Shown piece after piece: positions 28,171 to 37,394 of a DNA stretch of 64,000 nucleotides. The notes under the pieces were generated by a model. That model searched no databases. It was not told the origin of the DNA and saw nothing but the letters and a program-made list of their open reading frames with translations. This DNA is from an uncultured Eubacteriales bacterium. Its GTDB lineage: Bacteria; Bacillota; Clostridia; Oscillospirales; Acutalibacteraceae. Made by a program: the position numbers and the translations under genes. Each line of letters opens with the position of its first letter. Position 1 is the stretch's first letter. The stretch is from assembly GCA_900540235.1 (NCBI GenBank), contig UQEY01000004.1:24007-88006 (forward strand), written 5' to 3'.

Positions 28171-28825
28171 ACTTATAATTATTGAGGGGCTTGACGGCTG
28201 TGGCAAATCGACCCAAACTGCACTTTTGGAAAAATATTTACAAAACGAAAATATTAAGTATAAAAAAATCAAGCTCCCTGATTATGAAAGCAAGTCAAGT
28301 ACGCTTGTTAAAATGTATTTAGGCGGTGAATTCGGTGGAAATGCCGATGATGTCAACGCCTATGCGGCAGGTGCTTTTTATGCGGTTGACCGTTTTGCGT
28401 CATACAAGCTTGATTGGGGCAGAGATTATGAAGCAGGAACTTTAATTCTTGCTGACAGGTATGCCACTTCAAATTCTATTTATCAAATGGAAAAGATTGA
28501 TGAATCGAAATGGGACGAGTATCTTGATTGGTCTGCTGATTTTGAATATAACAAAATCGGTATACCGAAGCCCGATTTGGTTATTTTCCTTGATATGCCG
28601 GTTGAAGTTTCGCAAAAACTTATGACTTCAAGGTATAACGGCGATGAGGGTAAAAAAGATGTTCACGAAGCTAATGTTGAATTTTTGAATAATTGCAGAA
28701 AATCGGCATTATATACGGCTAAAAAGCAAGGCTGGGCGGTTATACCTTGCTCTGACGGTGAAAACCCTTTGCCTATTGATGAAATACATAATACGATTCT
28801 TGATTTTATTAAAAAGGAAATATAA
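28163..28825 (+). CDS. tmk: Thymidylate kinase
   Basis: IEGLDGCGKSTQ, DRY and PDLVIFLD. Confidence 0.9.
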   Translation: MGKLIIIEGLDGCGKSTQTALLEKYLQNENIKYKKIKLPDYESKSSTLVKMYLGGEFGGNADDVNAYAAGAFYAVDRFASYKLDWGRDYEAGTLILADRYATSNSIYQMEKIDESKWDEYLDWSADFEYNKIGIPKPDLVIFLDMPVEVSQKLMTSRYNGDEGKKDVHEANVEFLNNCRKSALYTAKKQGWAVIPCSDGENPLPIDEIHNTILDFIKKEI

Positions 28826-28834
28826 AAAATTAAT

Positions 28835-29722
28835 ATGTTAGAATTTAAAACTCCGCAAATTGAAGACAAATTATGGGTTGAAGAATGTTTTAAACATTTG
28901 AAAACAATGAACTGTGACTATACATTTGGTAATATGTTTGTTTGGAGCACCGAGTATACAACAAAAATCTGCAAATATAAAGATTTTTTTATTTGCAGTT
29001 GGGGCAAAGGTGACGAAACGAACTTTGGTATACCTGTTGGAAACGGCGATTTTAAAGACGCTGTCAATGCAGTTAAAGAATATACAAAGGAACTTGGTTT
29101 GAAGCTTCGCTTTTATGGTGTTACCGAAGCGTATATTGATATGCTCAATAATTATTTTCCAAATGAATTTGATTTTCAATATGACGATGGTTACGGTGAC
29201 TATATTTATTCTGTCGAAAAAATGGCAGAGCTTAAAGGTAAAAAGTATCACGGCAAAAGAAATCATATAACTAATTTTAAGCGTAATAACCCTAATTGGT
29301 CATTTGAAACTATTAATAAAGAAAATATTAATGATTGTATTGATTTGCATACAAAGTGGATAAGCACTCACAATGATGATAGTGACATTTCATTTGAATT
29401 TGAAGCTGTCCTAAAAGCGTTTGAAAATTATGATAAACTCGGCTTTGTCGGCGGACTTATCAGAATAGACGGTGAAGCTATTGCCTATACTTTTGGTGAG
29501 CCGATAAGTGAGGAAACTTTTGTAACTCATTTTGAAAAGGCGCCGCCTGAAATTCAGGGCGCATATCCTGTTATTAATCAGGAATTCACCAAAAATTGCC
29601 TTATGAATTACAAATATGTAAACAGAGAAGAAGATTTAGGTCTTGAAGGTCTTAGAAAAGCTAAGCAGTCATACTGCCCTGAAATTTTTCTTCAAAAATG
29701 TATTGCTGTTTATAAGGGTTAA
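28835..29722 (+). CDS. DUF2156 (aminoacyl-PG synthase C-terminal-like) protein
   Basis: DYIY, KRNH, HFEKA and NREEDLGLEGLRKAKQSY. Confidence 0.85.
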   Translation: MLEFKTPQIEDKLWVEECFKHLKTMNCDYTFGNMFVWSTEYTTKICKYKDFFICSWGKGDETNFGIPVGNGDFKDAVNAVKEYTKELGLKLRFYGVTEAYIDMLNNYFPNEFDFQYDDGYGDYIYSVEKMAELKGKKYHGKRNHITNFKRNNPNWSFETINKENINDCIDLHTKWISTHNDDSDISFEFEAVLKAFENYDKLGFVGGLIRIDGEAIAYTFGEPISEETFVTHFEKAPPEIQGAYPVINQEFTKNCLMNYKYVNREEDLGLEGLRKAKQSYCPEIFLQKCIAVYKG

Positions 29723-29727
29723 TAAAT

Positions 29728-30180
29728 ATGATTAAAGAACTTAATGATGAAAATTTAATTATTCCTTTATGGCAGGAAGCTTTCGGCGACAGTGAAGAAG
29801 ATATTTCATTTTTTTTAAATAACTGTAAGAATATAAAGTGCTTAGGATATTTTGACGAAAAAATGCTTTCGTCAATGCTCTTTTTAATAGATTGTAAGAT
29901 TAGCGGCGATGAGTATAAATATATTTATGCTGCTTGCACATATAAAAATAAAAGGGGCAGAGGAGATATGAGCAAACTTTTAGATTATTGCAAATCTAAT
30001 TTTAACAAAGTTTGCTTAATTCCCGCCGATGATAAGCTTGTTGATTTTTATTTTGAAAGAGAATTTAACATTAAATTTGAATTAAACGATATTCAATTTG
30101 ACGAAAGCAAAGAAATAAAAGAGTATTTATTTGAAGGATGTTCTTTAGAAAAACCGTTCGTTCTTGCACACAATTTATAG
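29728..30180 (+). CDS. GNAT family acetyltransferase
   Basis: LWQEAFGD and YIYAACT...RGRG motifs. Confidence 0.7.
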   Translation: MIKELNDENLIIPLWQEAFGDSEEDISFFLNNCKNIKCLGYFDEKMLSSMLFLIDCKISGDEYKYIYAACTYKNKRGRGDMSKLLDYCKSNFNKVCLIPADDKLVDFYFEREFNIKFELNDIQFDESKEIKEYLFEGCSLEKPFVLAHNL

Positions 30181-30190
30181 GAGATTTGTT

Positions 30191-30730
30191 ATGATTTATG
30201 TTTTTTTAGCAGACGGATTTGAAACGATAGAAGCGCTCGCTCCTGTTGATATGCTCAGAAGGGCAAAATTTGATGTTACTACTGTCGGCGTTACAGGTAA
30301 AGAAGTTAAAACTTCGCACAATATTGATGTTTTGGCAGATATTACTAAAGATGAACTTAATATAGAAGATGCAGATGCAATTATTTTACCGGGCGGTATG
30401 CCGGGTACGCTTAATCTTGAAGCAGACGCTACGGTTCAAACTTCTATTGATTACTGCGTAGACAACGAAAAATATGTTTGTGCTATTTGCGCCGCACCGT
30501 CAATTTTGGGTCACAAGGGTTTGCTTAAAGGCAAAGAAGCTATTTGTTTCCCGGGGTTTGAGGAGGCACTTTCAGGTGCAATAATTTCCGAAAAGTATGT
30601 GGTTACAGACGGCAAATTTGTTACCGCAAGGGGCGCAGGCGTTGCTGTTGATTTCGGTCTTGAAATCGTAAAAAATCTCGGCGGCGAAGAACTTTCCAAA
30701 AAAATTAGGGAAACAATTCAATGCAAATAA
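30191..30730 (+). CDS. DJ-1/YajL family protein
   Basis: GFETIE, LPGGMPG, AICAAP and TARG. Confidence 0.92.
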   Translation: MIYVFLADGFETIEALAPVDMLRRAKFDVTTVGVTGKEVKTSHNIDVLADITKDELNIEDADAIILPGGMPGTLNLEADATVQTSIDYCVDNEKYVCAICAAPSILGHKGLLKGKEAICFPGFEEALSGAIISEKYVVTDGKFVTARGAGVAVDFGLEIVKNLGGEELSKKIRETIQCK

Positions 30731-31278
30731 AAAAAGAACTCAGAAAAGAATATAAGCTTATTCGAAAAAATATAGCCGATAAAAAAATTAAAGATGATGC
30801 TTTAAATGAAAAGCTTGTTAATTTTAAACCTTTTAAAAACAGTGATACTGTGCTTTTTTATGCCGCTCTTGAAGATGAAGTGAATGTTGACACAGCCATA
30901 AAATTTGCTTTTGAACATAATAAAAAGGTTGCTTTGCCCGTTTGTATTGACAACGACGGCAAAATGCAATATTATTACATAAAGTCATTTGATGATGTAA
31001 TTGTCGGTTCGTTCGGTGTTCGTGAACCAGATATAAATAAATGCAAATTATGTGACGATTTTAATAATTCAATCTGTATAGTTCCTGCCATTGCCTTTGA
31101 TAAAAGAGGTTATCGTTTAGGATATGGTAAGGGATATTATGACAGGTTTTTGGAAAATTATAAATTTACCAAAGTGGGAATAACTTATGATGAAACACTT
31201 GTTTCTTTGATTCCTAATGACCGATATGACATTGCAGTCGATTACATAGTTACTCAAAACGGTATTATCACTGTTTAG
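30721..31278 (+). CDS. 5-formyltetrahydrofolate cyclo-ligase
   Basis: VPAIAFD and RLGYGKGYYDRFL. Confidence 0.93.
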   Translation: MQIKKELRKEYKLIRKNIADKKIKDDALNEKLVNFKPFKNSDTVLFYAALEDEVNVDTAIKFAFEHNKKVALPVCIDNDGKMQYYYIKSFDDVIVGSFGVREPDINKCKLCDDFNNSICIVPAIAFDKRGYRLGYGKGYYDRFLENYKFTKVGITYDETLVSLIPNDRYDIAVDYIVTQNGIITV

Positions 31279-31291
31279 CAAGGAGGATAAA

Positions 31292-32593
31292 ATGGATAAC
31301 AATGATTTTAAACTCAATGAAACGGGAATTAACCCTGTTGATACAGCGAGTGAAAATAATGATATTTATTTTACTAATGTAAATTCTGAAAACTATGAGA
31401 AAAATAAAACCGAAGTTTCAAAGCGCAAAGCTACATCTACCGCTCAAACAGTTGTAAAAAAAGCTCCGGTTAAAAAAAGTAAAGGTGTTGCTTCTACCTA
31501 TATTTTCTTTATTATTGTAATTGCGGTTTCAATGGTTTTATCAATTTATGCCATTCTTTGTATTAACGATGTTTTAGGCATAACTAAAACCACTTCTACA
31601 GTTACCGTAAATCTTGATAAAGCTGTTGATAATGTTGACGATGCTGTGGACATTCTTGCTGATAACGGTTTGATTAAATGTAAAAATTTCTGCAAATTCT
31701 TCGCAAATTACAGAAAAGCGCAGGTCGGACCGCATGTTAAAAACGGATATATTAGTAAAACATATACTTATGACGCAGGAATATACTATCTTAACGGCAA
31801 GATGGGTCTTGAAGGTATGCTTGTTGCGTTTCAGGGTAATAACTCAACTGCAGAAACGGTTACAATCACTTTCCCGGAGGGTTATACCGTTCCTGAAATA
31901 GTTCAAAAATTAGCGGATAATGAAGTATGTGACAAATCAGCACTTTTATCTGTTATTCAAACAGTTGATTTTTCCTATTCTCTTGTAAGTGACCTTAAAG
32001 CCAAGGATGAAGTTCCGTATAGACTTGAAGGTTATCTTTTCCCTGACACCTATGATTTCTATATTGGCGAAACGGCTAATTCTGTTATTAAAAAATTCCT
32101 TTCAAACGGTGATACTAAAATTAAAGAAAAGTACAGAAAAAGAGCTGAAGAATTAGGTTACTCAATGGATGATATTATAAAAATTGCTTCAATTATTCAA
32201 TGTGAAGCCGGTAATACCGACCAAATGAAAACCATTTCTGCCGTAATTCATAACCGTTTAAATGATACGGCAAACTTCCCGTTATTGGGTGTTGATTCAA
32301 CGGGTGACTATATTACTAATAAAGTTGCTCCGGCGCTTTCTTCAACTTCCTCTCATACTGCCGATTATTATAAGCAGTATTACAGCACATCCGGTTCTTC
32401 TACAGTTGTCGGCTTGCCTCCAAGCCCGATTTGTAACCCGGGTATCGATGCTATTGAAGCTGCCCTTTATCCTGAAAATGTTGATTACTACTATTTCTTC
32501 CACGATACTAAGGGTAATATGTATACAGCAAAAACTTATTCTGAATTTAAACAAAAGGCAGCAACTTATGCTCCTTATCTTAATGTGAACTAA
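31292..32593 (+). CDS. mltG: Endolytic transglycosylase MltG
   Basis: TFPEG, LEGYLFPDTY, ASIIQCE and GLPPSPICNPG; N-terminal TM. Confidence 0.92.
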   Translation: MDNNDFKLNETGINPVDTASENNDIYFTNVNSENYEKNKTEVSKRKATSTAQTVVKKAPVKKSKGVASTYIFFIIVIAVSMVLSIYAILCINDVLGITKTTSTVTVNLDKAVDNVDDAVDILADNGLIKCKNFCKFFANYRKAQVGPHVKNGYISKTYTYDAGIYYLNGKMGLEGMLVAFQGNNSTAETVTITFPEGYTVPEIVQKLADNEVCDKSALLSVIQTVDFSYSLVSDLKAKDEVPYRLEGYLFPDTYDFYIGETANSVIKKFLSNGDTKIKEKYRKRAEELGYSMDDIIKIASIIQCEAGNTDQMKTISAVIHNRLNDTANFPLLGVDSTGDYITNKVAPALSSTSSHTADYYKQYYSTSGSSTVVGLPPSPICNPGIDAIEAALYPENVDYYYFFHDTKGNMYTAKTYSEFKQKAATYAPYLNVN

Positions 32594-33819
32594 TGAGAAA
32601 TATTGAATTACTTTCACCTTGCGGTGATTTTGAAAGACTTAAACTTGCGCTCAAATTCGGTGCCGATGCGGTATACCTTGCAGGTGAAATGTTTGGTATG
32701 CGCACAAATCCGTCGAATTTTGATGCGGACGAATTGAAAAATGCGGTTGAACTTGTTCATTCACTTGGTAAAAAAGTATATTTAACTTGCAACACTTTGC
32801 CGAGAAATGATGAAATTGAAAAACTTCCCGATTTTTTAAAATATGCCGAGCAAATAGGCATCGATGCATTTATTATAGCTGATATCGGTGTTATGGCTAT
32901 GGCAAAAAAGTATGCTGCGAGTGTTGACATTCATATGTCAACTCAAGTTGGAATTGTTAATTATCAAACTGCCAATACGCTTTATGAAATGGGCGCTTCA
33001 AGAATTGTTACTGCCCGTGAATTATCGCTTGACGAAATAAAAGTAATCAGGGATAAAACACCGAGTGATTTGGAAATTGAAGTGTTTGTCCACGGTGCAA
33101 TGTGCATGAGCTTTTCCGGCAGATGCATTTTGTCAGATTATATGACGCACCGAGATGCCAACCGTGGCGATTGCGCTCAGCCTTGCAGATGGAAATATCA
33201 TCTTGTTGAGGAAACAAGACCCGGTCAGTACTTCCCGATTAATGAGGAAAAAAACGGCACATATATCTTTAATTCCCGTGACCTTTGTATGATTGAGCAT
33301 ATTCCCGAGCTTGTTAATGCAGGTGTAGATTCATTTAAAATTGAGGGTAGGGCAAAGAGCGAATATTATACAGCTATTGTTACTTATGCTTACAGAAATG
33401 CTATTGATGAGTATTTAAAGAATCCAAGCAATGATTTTAAAGTTCCTCAGTGGATACTTGATGAAATGGAAAAAATGAGCCATCGTGAATATACAACAGG
33501 CTTCAATTTCGGTCCGATTAAAAACGGCCAGGTTACTGATACAGGCGGTTATATTCGCAACTGGGATGTTTGCGCCTTGTTCAAGGAATATAAAGACGGC
33601 AGGCTTGTTGTCAGCCAGCGAAATCGTTTTTTTGAAGGTGACGAACTTGAAGTTGTTGAGCCTAATAAGAAACCTTATAAACTTGTTGTTGCCGACTTAT
33701 ATAATGAAGATGACGAAGAAAAGGTTGATGTGGCAAATAAAGCTACGAATACTTATTCGTTTAAATGTGACATTCCTATTTCATCTGACGCTATTTTCCG
33801 CCGCCAAAGAACAGAATAA
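32593..33819 (+). CDS. Peptidase U32 family (TrhP-like tRNA hydroxylation protein)
   Basis: HGAMCMSFSGRC, NRGDCAQPCR and KIEGR. Confidence 0.9.
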   Translation: MRNIELLSPCGDFERLKLALKFGADAVYLAGEMFGMRTNPSNFDADELKNAVELVHSLGKKVYLTCNTLPRNDEIEKLPDFLKYAEQIGIDAFIIADIGVMAMAKKYAASVDIHMSTQVGIVNYQTANTLYEMGASRIVTARELSLDEIKVIRDKTPSDLEIEVFVHGAMCMSFSGRCILSDYMTHRDANRGDCAQPCRWKYHLVEETRPGQYFPINEEKNGTYIFNSRDLCMIEHIPELVNAGVDSFKIEGRAKSEYYTAIVTYAYRNAIDEYLKNPSNDFKVPQWILDEMEKMSHREYTTGFNFGPIKNGQVTDTGGYIRNWDVCALFKEYKDGRLVVSQRNRFFEGDELEVVEPNKKPYKLVVADLYNEDDEEKVDVANKATNTYSFKCDIPISSDAIFRRQRTE

Positions 33820-33825
33820 AAAATT

Positions 33826-33860
33826 TACCTCTTGTTAAGAATAAACAAGGGGTATTTTTT
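33826..33860 (+). terminator. Intrinsic terminator overlapping the RBS of the next gene
   Basis: TACCTCTTGTT/AACAAGGGGTA followed by TTTTTT, immediately before ATG 33861. Confidence 0.65.
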
Positions 33861-35327
33861 ATGTCTAAAAGAATCTTTTCAATTTCAGTGGCTTTTGCTC
33901 TTATTCTTTCGCTAACACTCGGAAGATTTGGCTATATAATTTTTGGCGATACTTATAAAATCGATAATTTATATAACAGTATAACGCTTGATATCTCAAA
34001 TTTATATACAAATATTTATTCTCGAAATAAAATTTTGCTTAATAATAATACAAAATCACTCGTTGCTGTGATTAAGCCAAACGAAAAGTCACTCGGTGAA
34101 TTAAAATTGCTTTTTGATGAGGATAAAATAAAAAATATTACCGATGAACTTAAAAACGGTTATCCTATTGTAATTCCGGTTGATAAATACGCCAATACAA
34201 AGTATATTCGCTTATTTGAAACCGTTAATGAAAATTGTAGCAATATGCTTTGCCGTCATTTGATTGATAAGAATTTTGGCGGAGTTGAAAAATATGTCGA
34301 TGAAAAAATAGGCTCATTGTCTATTAATTACAGTGTTGATGCATTAGGTAAAGTTCTTGACGGTGACAGCGGAAATGTTATAGATAAGAATTATGACTCT
34401 AAAGAGGGAATACAAATTTCAATAGATGAAAATATACAAAACATTGTTGAAGATTCTGCCGAAAATATTACTAAAGGTTCGGTGGTTGTGCTTGACTGCG
34501 ATACTTCACAAATTTTAGCGTCCTACAGTATCGGTAATGATTATCTTAATCGCTCGATTTCCTCTTATGCAGTCGGTTCTGTTTTTAAACTTGTTGTAGC
34601 CGCTGCCGCTCTTGAAAATAATATTGACCCGACATATGAATGTAAAAGCAAAATTACTGTCGGCGACACAACTTATCATTGTCAAAATAATCATAAGCAC
34701 GGCAAGGAAAATATTAAACAAGCACTTGCGAATTCCTGCAACTGTTATTTTGTTAACTTGGCATTAAAGGTAGGCAGAACAAAAATTTATAACACTGCAC
34801 TTAATCTCGGCTTTGCTTCATCATTTAGTTTATATAATGATGCTTATACAGTACCGTCAAGTGCATTTCCAACTCTTATAGAACTTAAATCTCAGGGTCA
34901 GCTTGCACTTCTCGGCTTTGGTCAGGGAAAACTAACAGACACTCCCGCTCATTTTGCAAGCGTCGTCAGTGCTATTGCTAATGGCGGATATTATAATTAT
35001 CCTACACTCAATTTAAAAAAATCGACCGATACAAGAGCATTCAGCGATAAAACAGCTAAAACTCTTAGGTCATATATGAAAAATGTCGTCGATGTTGGGA
35101 CGGGGTTCAATGCAAAATATAAAGGAAAAACAGCCGGGAAAACTGCTACGGCGCAAAGCGGAATTTATATCGATGGCAAGGAACAGCTAAATACTTGGTT
35201 TGTCGGCTTTTATCCATATGATAAACCTAAATATTCTATTGTCGTTATGTGTGAGGGGGGAAAATCAGGTGGTGAAGATTGTTGTCCGATTTTTAGGACT
35301 ATAGTTGAAAAATTAGATAAAATGTAG
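33861..35327 (+). CDS. Class B-like penicillin-binding transpeptidase
   Basis: N-terminal TM; SVFK, SCN and KTA (KTG variant). Confidence 0.85.
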   Translation: MSKRIFSISVAFALILSLTLGRFGYIIFGDTYKIDNLYNSITLDISNLYTNIYSRNKILLNNNTKSLVAVIKPNEKSLGELKLLFDEDKIKNITDELKNGYPIVIPVDKYANTKYIRLFETVNENCSNMLCRHLIDKNFGGVEKYVDEKIGSLSINYSVDALGKVLDGDSGNVIDKNYDSKEGIQISIDENIQNIVEDSAENITKGSVVVLDCDTSQILASYSIGNDYLNRSISSYAVGSVFKLVVAAAALENNIDPTYECKSKITVGDTTYHCQNNHKHGKENIKQALANSCNCYFVNLALKVGRTKIYNTALNLGFASSFSLYNDAYTVPSSAFPTLIELKSQGQLALLGFGQGKLTDTPAHFASVVSAIANGGYYNYPTLNLKKSTDTRAFSDKTAKTLRSYMKNVVDVGTGFNAKYKGKTAGKTATAQSGIYIDGKEQLNTWFVGFYPYDKPKYSIVVMCEGGKSGGEDCCPIFRTIVEKLDKM

Positions 35328-35359
35328 TATTATATATAAAAAAGCAGAGGTGAAGTGTT

Positions 35360-36361
35360 ATGCAAAATTCAAAACTCAAAACTTTGTTTATATATAAACT
35401 TCTTGAAAAGTACAGCGATGATGAGCACCCTTTGTCAACAACAGATTTAATCAACCTTTTGGCTGAAAAAGGCATTAAGTGTGAGCGCAAATCGATTTAT
35501 GCAGATATTGCCGCACTTAATGAAATCGGTTGCGATATTATTACCGTCACAAGTCCCAAGCGTGGCTTTTTTATGGCAACAAGGACTTTTGAAATTCCCG
35601 AGGTAATGCTTCTTATTGACGCTGTTTCAAGTGCGGGTTTTATAACGCCGAAAAAAACGCAGTCACTTATCGATAAACTTGAAACGCTTGTTTCCGTTGA
35701 ACAAGCTAAAACGATGGAAAGTCAGGTTTATGTTGATACCAATTCTGCCAAGTGCGACAATGAAGAAATTTATATTATTATCGATCACCTTAATTCTGCC
35801 ATAACTCAGTCAAAAAAAGTAAAATTTGTTTATAAACGCAGAAGTATTGATGTTCAAAATAAAAAGAAGCATACAGAGAAAACATTTACAGTTTCTCCCT
35901 ACGCTCTTATATGGAAAGACGACCATTATTACCTCGTTTGCAATAATGAAAAGTACGATAATTTGATGAATTTGCGTATTGACAGAATGAAAAAACTTGA
36001 AATTCTTGATTCTCCGTCAAGGCATTTCAGCGAGGTGAGTCCATATAAGGACAAGTTTGACGAGCAAGATTATGTTTCGAAGCGATTTAATATGTTCTCC
36101 GGCGAAGAATGTAAGGTTACATTAAAATGCGACCTAAAGCTTCAAGAAGAAATGCTTGACCGCTTTGGTAAAAATATCCCGCTTACGGCACTTGAAGGCA
36201 ACCATTTTGAAACGACAGTTAATGCAACCGTTTCCGACGGTTTCGTTTCTTGGCTTATGCAATATGGTGATGGGGTAGAGGTTACTTCTCCTCAAAAACT
36301 TGCCAAAATGGTTCGTGATAAAGCTAAGTCAATATATAATATTTATAAAGGAAAGTATTAA
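35360..36361 (+). CDS. HTH + WYL-domain transcriptional regulator
   Basis: ERKSIYADI (HTH); VSPYALIW, YYLVC and LRIDRM (WYL); WLMQYG (WCX). Confidence 0.88.
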   Translation: MQNSKLKTLFIYKLLEKYSDDEHPLSTTDLINLLAEKGIKCERKSIYADIAALNEIGCDIITVTSPKRGFFMATRTFEIPEVMLLIDAVSSAGFITPKKTQSLIDKLETLVSVEQAKTMESQVYVDTNSAKCDNEEIYIIIDHLNSAITQSKKVKFVYKRRSIDVQNKKKHTEKTFTVSPYALIWKDDHYYLVCNNEKYDNLMNLRIDRMKKLEILDSPSRHFSEVSPYKDKFDEQDYVSKRFNMFSGEECKVTLKCDLKLQEEMLDRFGKNIPLTALEGNHFETTVNATVSDGFVSWLMQYGDGVEVTSPQKLAKMVRDKAKSIYNIYKGKY

Positions 36362-36432
36362 TTTGTATTTTAATACATATTATCAGCTATTTTTATCTTT
36401 GCACAAATATTAAAATTCTATTGACATTTCTA

Positions 36433-36461
36433 TTGACATTGAGAATGATTTTATATATAAT
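36433..36461 (+). promoter_or_regulatory. sigma-A promoter of the tRNA pair
   Basis: TTGACA, 17 bp, TATAAT. Confidence 0.85.
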
Positions 36462-36475
36462 AAAGAAGCTGATTT

Positions 36476-36562
36476 GCCGGCGTGTCGGAATTGGCAGACG
36501 AGACAGACTCAAAATCTGTTATCCGTTTGGGTGTATGGGTTCAAGTCCCATCGCCGGCACCA
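36476..36562 (+). tRNA. tRNA-Leu(CAA)
   Basis: GCCGGCG/CGCCGGC acceptor stem, ACAGA-CTCAAAA-TCTGT anticodon arm, long variable arm, TTCAAGT T-loop, ACCA end. Confidence 0.95.
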
Positions 36563-36583
36563 AGCCTTTTGGCTAAAGCATTT

Positions 36584-36670
36584 GCTGGTGTGGCGAAATC
36601 GGCAGACGCAAGGGACTTAAAATCCCTCGGTAGCAATACCGTACCGGTTCAAGTCCGGTCACCAGCACCA
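36584..36670 (+). tRNA. tRNA-Leu(TAA)
   Basis: GCTGGTG/CACCAGC acceptor stem, AGGGA-CTTAAAA-TCCCT anticodon arm, long variable arm, ACCA end. Confidence 0.95.
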
Positions 36671-36699
36671 TAGGTCACCTGAAAAGGTGACCTATTTTT
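36671..36699 (+). terminator. Intrinsic terminator of the tRNA operon
   Basis: TAGGTCACCT-gaaa-AGGTGACCTA followed by TTTTT. Confidence 0.88.
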
Positions 36700-36804
36700 G
36701 TGCAATTTATACACCGATATTGACTAAAAGAACACATAATTTGTCATTAATTACAATTAATTGGTGCGCTCAAGGTCATATGGGGCTACTCAAATCACAA
36801 TAAA

Positions 36805-36845
36805 TGGCGTACAAATTGGCGTACAGAAAAAAGAATTGGCGTACA
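36805..36845 (+). repeat. Three direct repeats of TGGCGTACA
   Basis: Exact copies at 36805, 36817 and 36837. Confidence 0.8.
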
Positions 36846-36931
36846 AACATATGTTTACAACATTTTTTTGAGCGATTAACAATTAATATTTATTTCCAAC
36901 ACCAATAATTAGGATATATAATAATTGATTT

Positions 36932-36961
36932 GTGTCTATAACAAGAGTTATAGGCACTTTT
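36932..36961 (+). terminator. Orphan terminator-like hairpin
   Basis: GTGTCTATAAC-aaga-GTTATAGGCAC followed by TTTT; no gene upstream. Confidence 0.5.
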
Positions 36962-37394
36962 ATTGTTTTGTTTACTGAAAAGTATCTTTAATTAAAAAAT
37001 ATCAAAAAATAATGAAACTTGTAGATAATAAAGAACGAGTTGGATAAATTTAAAATCTCATATATGAATTATATTATTCAATATCATGTTTTCACGGCTG
37101 GCTAAATGAAACAATATGCACAACAGATTTATGTAATATTTTTGATAAAATTATGAATTTGGGCATAAAAATAAAAGGAAAATATTTTTCAAGTTATTTG
37201 TATGCTTATGTAAACGAAAAATATAATTGTCCTTCAGCACTTATTGAATATAAGTCGCCTAAAAAGGTAAGCCACAAAAAGACATATACATCCGTTAATA
37301 AGGTTATTTCACACTATAACAAAAATTAAATATACTATTGAAAATTTATTATTAATATAGTAATATAAAGTGATAGATTATGTGGAGGTATATT

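Noticed and set aside
36482..36673. 63-aa ORF in the track
   Set aside because: It overlies two tRNA-Leu genes and is a translation artefact.
36805..36845. Triple repeat as a CRISPR array or AraR operators
   Set aside because: The repeats are only 9 bp with 3- and 11-bp gaps and no cas genes are present. Only a half-site resembles the AraR palindrome, and they lie ~550 bp from araB.
36760..36880. Possible integrase C-terminal remnant
   Set aside because: Only vague GH/GYS-like fragments in different frames; not supportable without an alignment.
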